The notes under the pieces: model-generated
The model's input: only the letters and a program-made list of their open reading frames with translations
The model's database searches: none
What the model was told of the DNA's origin: nothing
Origin: Eledone cirrhosa
Taxonomy: Eukaryota
Assembly (NCBI GenBank): GCA_964016885.1
Contig: OZ024740.1
Span: 258,230,001-258,294,000, forward strand
Direction of reading: 5' to 3'
DNA: 64,000 nucleotides
Part shown: piece after piece, positions 59,450-64,000 of the stretch
Layout: each line of letters starts with the position of its first letter
Numbering within the stretch: position 1 is the first letter of the stretch
Made by a program: the position numbers and the translations under genes

Positions 59450-59800
59450 TAGATGTACCATTATCTCCTTTAATATACACGCTTTTACTCGTTGTTGATG
59501 ATCCTTCGTCAGTTTCGACGACGAATGTACAAGGTGTTCGGACAATGGTACAGTCTGCTCGTGAATAATCATTCCATAGACACGTGTAACTTTAACCTTT
59601 TTCTTACTGAGATTCAGCATGATGCGTGCTAATGTTGGCTAATGTGGGCCCATTGAATTACAGGTACAACATATTTTTAGCCGGTGAACTGGAGCAACCT
59701 GAAATAATGTGTTTACTTCAAGGACACAATCTTAAGAATCGAACTCACGACCTCACGGTCGACAGCTTAGCTCTCTAACCTCCTTCACTAAGTCACACGC
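59450..59800 (-). mobile_element. CORE-type tRNA SINE with long tail
   Basis: gagttcgattc B box, tgtgtccttga...ttatttca CORE-like segment. Confidence 0.65.
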
Positions 59801-60415
59801 ATGTGTTTGTATGAGGGTTTCGAGAATGTATTATGCATGGGCGTATATGAAAGTATGTGTGTGTGTTTGTGTGTGTCTGTATTAATTACGTGTGTGTGAG
59901 TGTGGCGTGTTTGGTGAGAGTATTATAAATGTGTCAGTGTGTGTGAGTGTGCATTTGTGCGTGTGCGTGTTTGGTGATTTTATGATGTATGTATGCATGA
60001 GAATGTTTGTGTGTACGTATTTGATGGATGTATTATGTATGGTCATGTATGAGTGTGTGTGAGTGTGTATGTGAATGTGTGTTATTGTGTGTGTGTGTGT
60101 GCGTGTTTGAGTGTATATATGCATGTTTGGAGGGTGTGTTGTTTATGTGTGTGCACGCGTCTTTGGAGGGTGTTGCGTGCTTGCGTGTGTATGTATGTTT
60201 GAAGGGTGTGGTGTGTTTGTGTGTGTTTGTGTGTGTTGTCTATGAATATGTGAGTGTGTGGAAACAAAGAAACTACAAGATACTATGGCCCAAAATGTGT
60301 TCACATTGCTTGTTTCAATAATTTTACAGCCTCCTCATCTGATATCACATCAATTTTCTCGTAATAGTAGTAGTAGTAGTAGTAGTATTATTATTATTAG
60401 TAGTAGTAGTAGTAT

Positions 60416-60468
<53 letters not shown>

Positions 60469-60678
60469 CAGATTGAAAATGTAAGCAATAAATATCTGCT
60501 TTCACCCTAAACGGGGTGTACTGAAACTTAGAAAAATGAATCTGCAGACGCAGAAGTAAATATTTCAAAGTAAAATACGACCAAATATTACCTTTAGAAA
60601 ACAAGAAGACACAACGGTAGAGCGTGAAGACGTTTTTCTTGAGATGGGCGAAATAATTACGTCATTATGTGGAAGTAA

Positions 60679-61073
60679 TAATGGTTTCTGATTTAAGCAC
60701 AAGACCGACTATTTGAGAGGAGGGGAAAGACGATTAAAACTACCCCAGTGTATTACTGGTACTTTTTAAAAAGATATAACAATTAATAGAAATGAAAAAA
60801 ACCTGAGAATGTACCACTTTGCCGAGCTCAAATAAACACGTCACCAACTGTCTGACAATCAATGATAATTATAATGGCTTCTGATTTAGGCGCAAGGCGA
60901 ACAATTATTAAATCGACTCCAGTGCGTTACTGGTACTTTATTTTATCAACCCTGTAAGGATGAAAGGCAAAGTTAACCTCGACAGGATTTCAACTCAGAT
61001 AGTAAAGGGCCGTAATTCTATGTCATAAAACATGTTGTCCGACGCGCTACCGATACTGTCAATCCACCGCCCT
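60679..61073 (-). mobile_element. Composite insertion SINE + Tx1 5' UTR piece + SINE 3' part, with 15-bp TSD attatgtggaagtaa
   Basis: TSD at 60664-60678 and 61074-61088; middle part matches 17510-17565. Confidence 0.8.
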
Positions 61074-61525
61074 ATTATGTGGAAGTAAAAATAATAATAA
61101 CATTAATAGTAATTACTATTAATGTTGTCATTATTATTATTACTTTTACTATTATTTATTCCTTAAGTAATTTTCTGTTTAATCATTTAAAAACTCATTT
61201 TACTTTTAATAAGATCATTTTCCATATATGGTAGCTGGAAATTACTCGACTATTTTAAAAGATAGTAATAATTTCCTGATTTTTCTCACAGCAAGTATAT
61301 AGTTTTCCATAGCAAGAATTTGTTCTTCTTGCTCCACATAATAACGTAATTATCTTGCATATATTTCGCCCTGTCTCAAGAGAATGTCTTCACGTGCCAC
61401 TGTTATGCTTTCCTGTTTTCTAAAGGTAATATTTGGTCGTGACATATTTTTGATATTTATTTCCGCGTGTTTAGATTGATTTTTCTCAGTTTCTAATGAC
61501 TCCGTTTAGGGTGAAAGAAGAAAAG

Positions 61526-61565
61526 AGTCTTAACGATTCGGACGCTAGTCCTTCATCAGAAAATT
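61526..61565 (-). ncRNA. Minimal hammerhead-like motif (GAAT variant)
   Basis: CTGATGA-a GGAC tagc GTCC-GAAT CGT T-aagact. Confidence 0.5.
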
Positions 61566-61650
61566 GAATGTGGAATTAAAGAAGAAATAGAAAGATTGAG
61601 AAGAAGGACAGTGGCAGAAACGAAAAAAAATGTTAAAGAAAAATAATAAA

Positions 61651-61725
61651 ACTAGAACTGTTTAATTCGGAGGAAATCAGATGATTTCCTCCGAATGAAA
61701 CAGTTCTAGTCCTGTAGAAGCCATT
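61651..61725 (+). mobile_element. Second copy of the 44873 hammerhead family with 5' inversion
   Basis: 29-bp palindromic arms; gatga tttcctccgaat gaaacagttctagtcctgtagaa. Confidence 0.6.
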
Positions 61726-61800
61726 TATATATATATATATATATAATAGTCGTTCACAATTATAAAAATACCATATCAGCATTGCCGCTACTAGTACCAT

Positions 61801-61891
<91 letters not shown>

Positions 61892-61935
61892 TCTCTCTTT
61901 CTCCATTTCTCTCTCTCTCTATCTCTCTATCTCTA

Positions 61936-61969
<34 letters not shown>

Positions 61970-62034
61970 TCTCCCTCCACCTACATTCCAGCATGACTGG
62001 TGTTTTACACAACATATACAAAAGCTTTAATATA

Positions 62035-62242
62035 GTGGTTTCTGATTCATGTATAAGACCAACAATTTTGAGAGGAAGGGAAAGTCCATTAAATCGACCC
62101 TAGTGCATTGCTGGTGCTTTATTTTCTCGATCCCGTAAGGATGAAAGACAAAGCTAACCTAGGTGAGATTTGAACTCAGAACGTAAAGGGCCATTACTCT
62201 ATACCGCAAAGCATTTTGTCCGACGCTGTACTGATACTGCCT
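62035..62242 (-). mobile_element. Meta SINE
   Basis: Meta domain and tRNA-like head. Confidence 0.85.
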
Positions 62243-63075
62243 TTACACCTTTAACATAATAGATAGTTTTTTTTTACCAACGCCAAACTGAACTTTATAA
62301 TAATCTTTTCAAACAGAAGCGGAAATTTCAGAGGAAATCTAAGACGATTACATCGCCCCAGGATAGATGCACATCCTCATGTTTAGGGTGCTGGCTTAAC
62401 AATCGCAATGCCATCTGTGTTTTCCATTCTGCGACTGGGCACTACTTATTGCCTTCTCATACAAAACATTTCGCTTTGTGATGTTCTTACGCAACAGAAA
62501 ATAAGCATACGCAATAGCTAGGTTTTAAACATGGAAGACACGTAGTGATATACACACCTTTTCCAGTGCAGCGTCTTGTTCTCTTAGTTACTTTCAATGA
62601 AATCGCGATAAACTCTGATCTTATGGACCTCAGCTTTGGGAGCAAACTAACTTTTTAAACTTTTTATTTGACTAGAACCATATAAGGTTTAAACTGATTT
62701 TTTTTTCTGTATTCCATCACTAGGTCTATTACTTCTCTTGATAGTATAGGGGGGGGGGGGACAGTGATATATAGTGAACCTTGAGCATCCTCAAGGTGGA
62801 GCCCATCCATCCCCAGGTGTGCAATCACTTCATTACAGCCACGTCATAAACTTTGAAATACTTTTAAAGAAGAGTAAACCCATAATCCTTTGTCCACTCT
62901 ACTCTTGGGTAGCTCGCGTTCATGAAAAATGACGGGTTATTCTTTGGATAAATCCACTTATATGGAAGCCGTCACCACCCCCAATATCTAGACAACCCAA
63001 GTATACTTTACCTGTGGCCATGCTCAGTACGAATCAGCTCAACTGCGCCATAATAGACACACACATATATATATA

Positions 63076-63169
<94 letters not shown>

Positions 63170-63470
63170 TGTGTGTATGAGTTTGTGTGTGTGTGAGTAT
63201 GTATGTGGTTACTGGTATAAAACCCTTTCACCACTTTTTGATTAATGCACATGTAACACATGTTTGAGTGTGCGCGGGAATTATACATACAGACACACAC
63301 ACGCATAAATATATATATAGGGTGTGTGTGTAGAGGTGTGATATTAGCCATAATAAGCAATAAGTTGTGGAAGATAAACATAATCATATCAAATACACAT
63401 GAATGCTTAATTGTATAAACGCACACTTAAACCATATACAGCCACACACGCACATACACACATATGCATA

Positions 63471-63512
<42 letters not shown>

Positions 63513-63603
63513 CATATATGTATGTATATATATATGGATATATGTATATATGAATATATACATAAAAATATATGCATATATTATATATACATACATATAT
63601 ATA

Positions 63604-63673
<70 letters not shown>

Positions 63674-64000
63674 CATAGGCACAGTAAGCTCAGTGTTAGG
63701 CTGAATGCTGGGTGAGTGTTGATAGGGAGTTCACAGTATGAATAAAATGACGACCCCTACCCCATCTATTGCGTATTACATATAGTTCTCACGGGAACCT
63801 ATACTGTTGTAACGTATATTCATACGCACAGGCGCACACATATCACATATATACACGCACACATACTACACACGATTACACACACACGTGGATCACATAT
63901 ACATATATATATATGTGTGTGTGTGTTTGTCTTATTTTGTGTGTATGTGTGTGTGCCAGTGTGTGTATAATTTATATATACACACATAGAGAGAGAGAGA

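Overview
Eukaryotic, AT-rich, almost entirely repeat-derived DNA with no recognisable host gene. The SINE families, (TA)/(CA)/(GA) microsatellite load and LINE set point to an octopod cephalopod (inference). Contents: decayed Tx1/L1-clade LINEs; R4/Dong-like RLE LINEs including a head-to-tail array in an (AAT)n tract; RTE and CR1/L2-like fragments; ~20 tRNA-derived Meta-domain SINE copies plus CORE-type SINEs; Helitron derivatives; a hAT pseudogene with a foldback end; mariner and MITE remnants; Penelope-like (PLE) fragments. The least expected signal is a dense set (~10) of type I hammerhead-ribozyme folds in short PLE-like terminal repeats. Several have non-canonical cores (A4 or C4 instead of U4, U3-A8 swap, U·U closing stem II) and many sit next to 5' inverted duplications. 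All folds and alignments were made by eye; boundaries are approximate.
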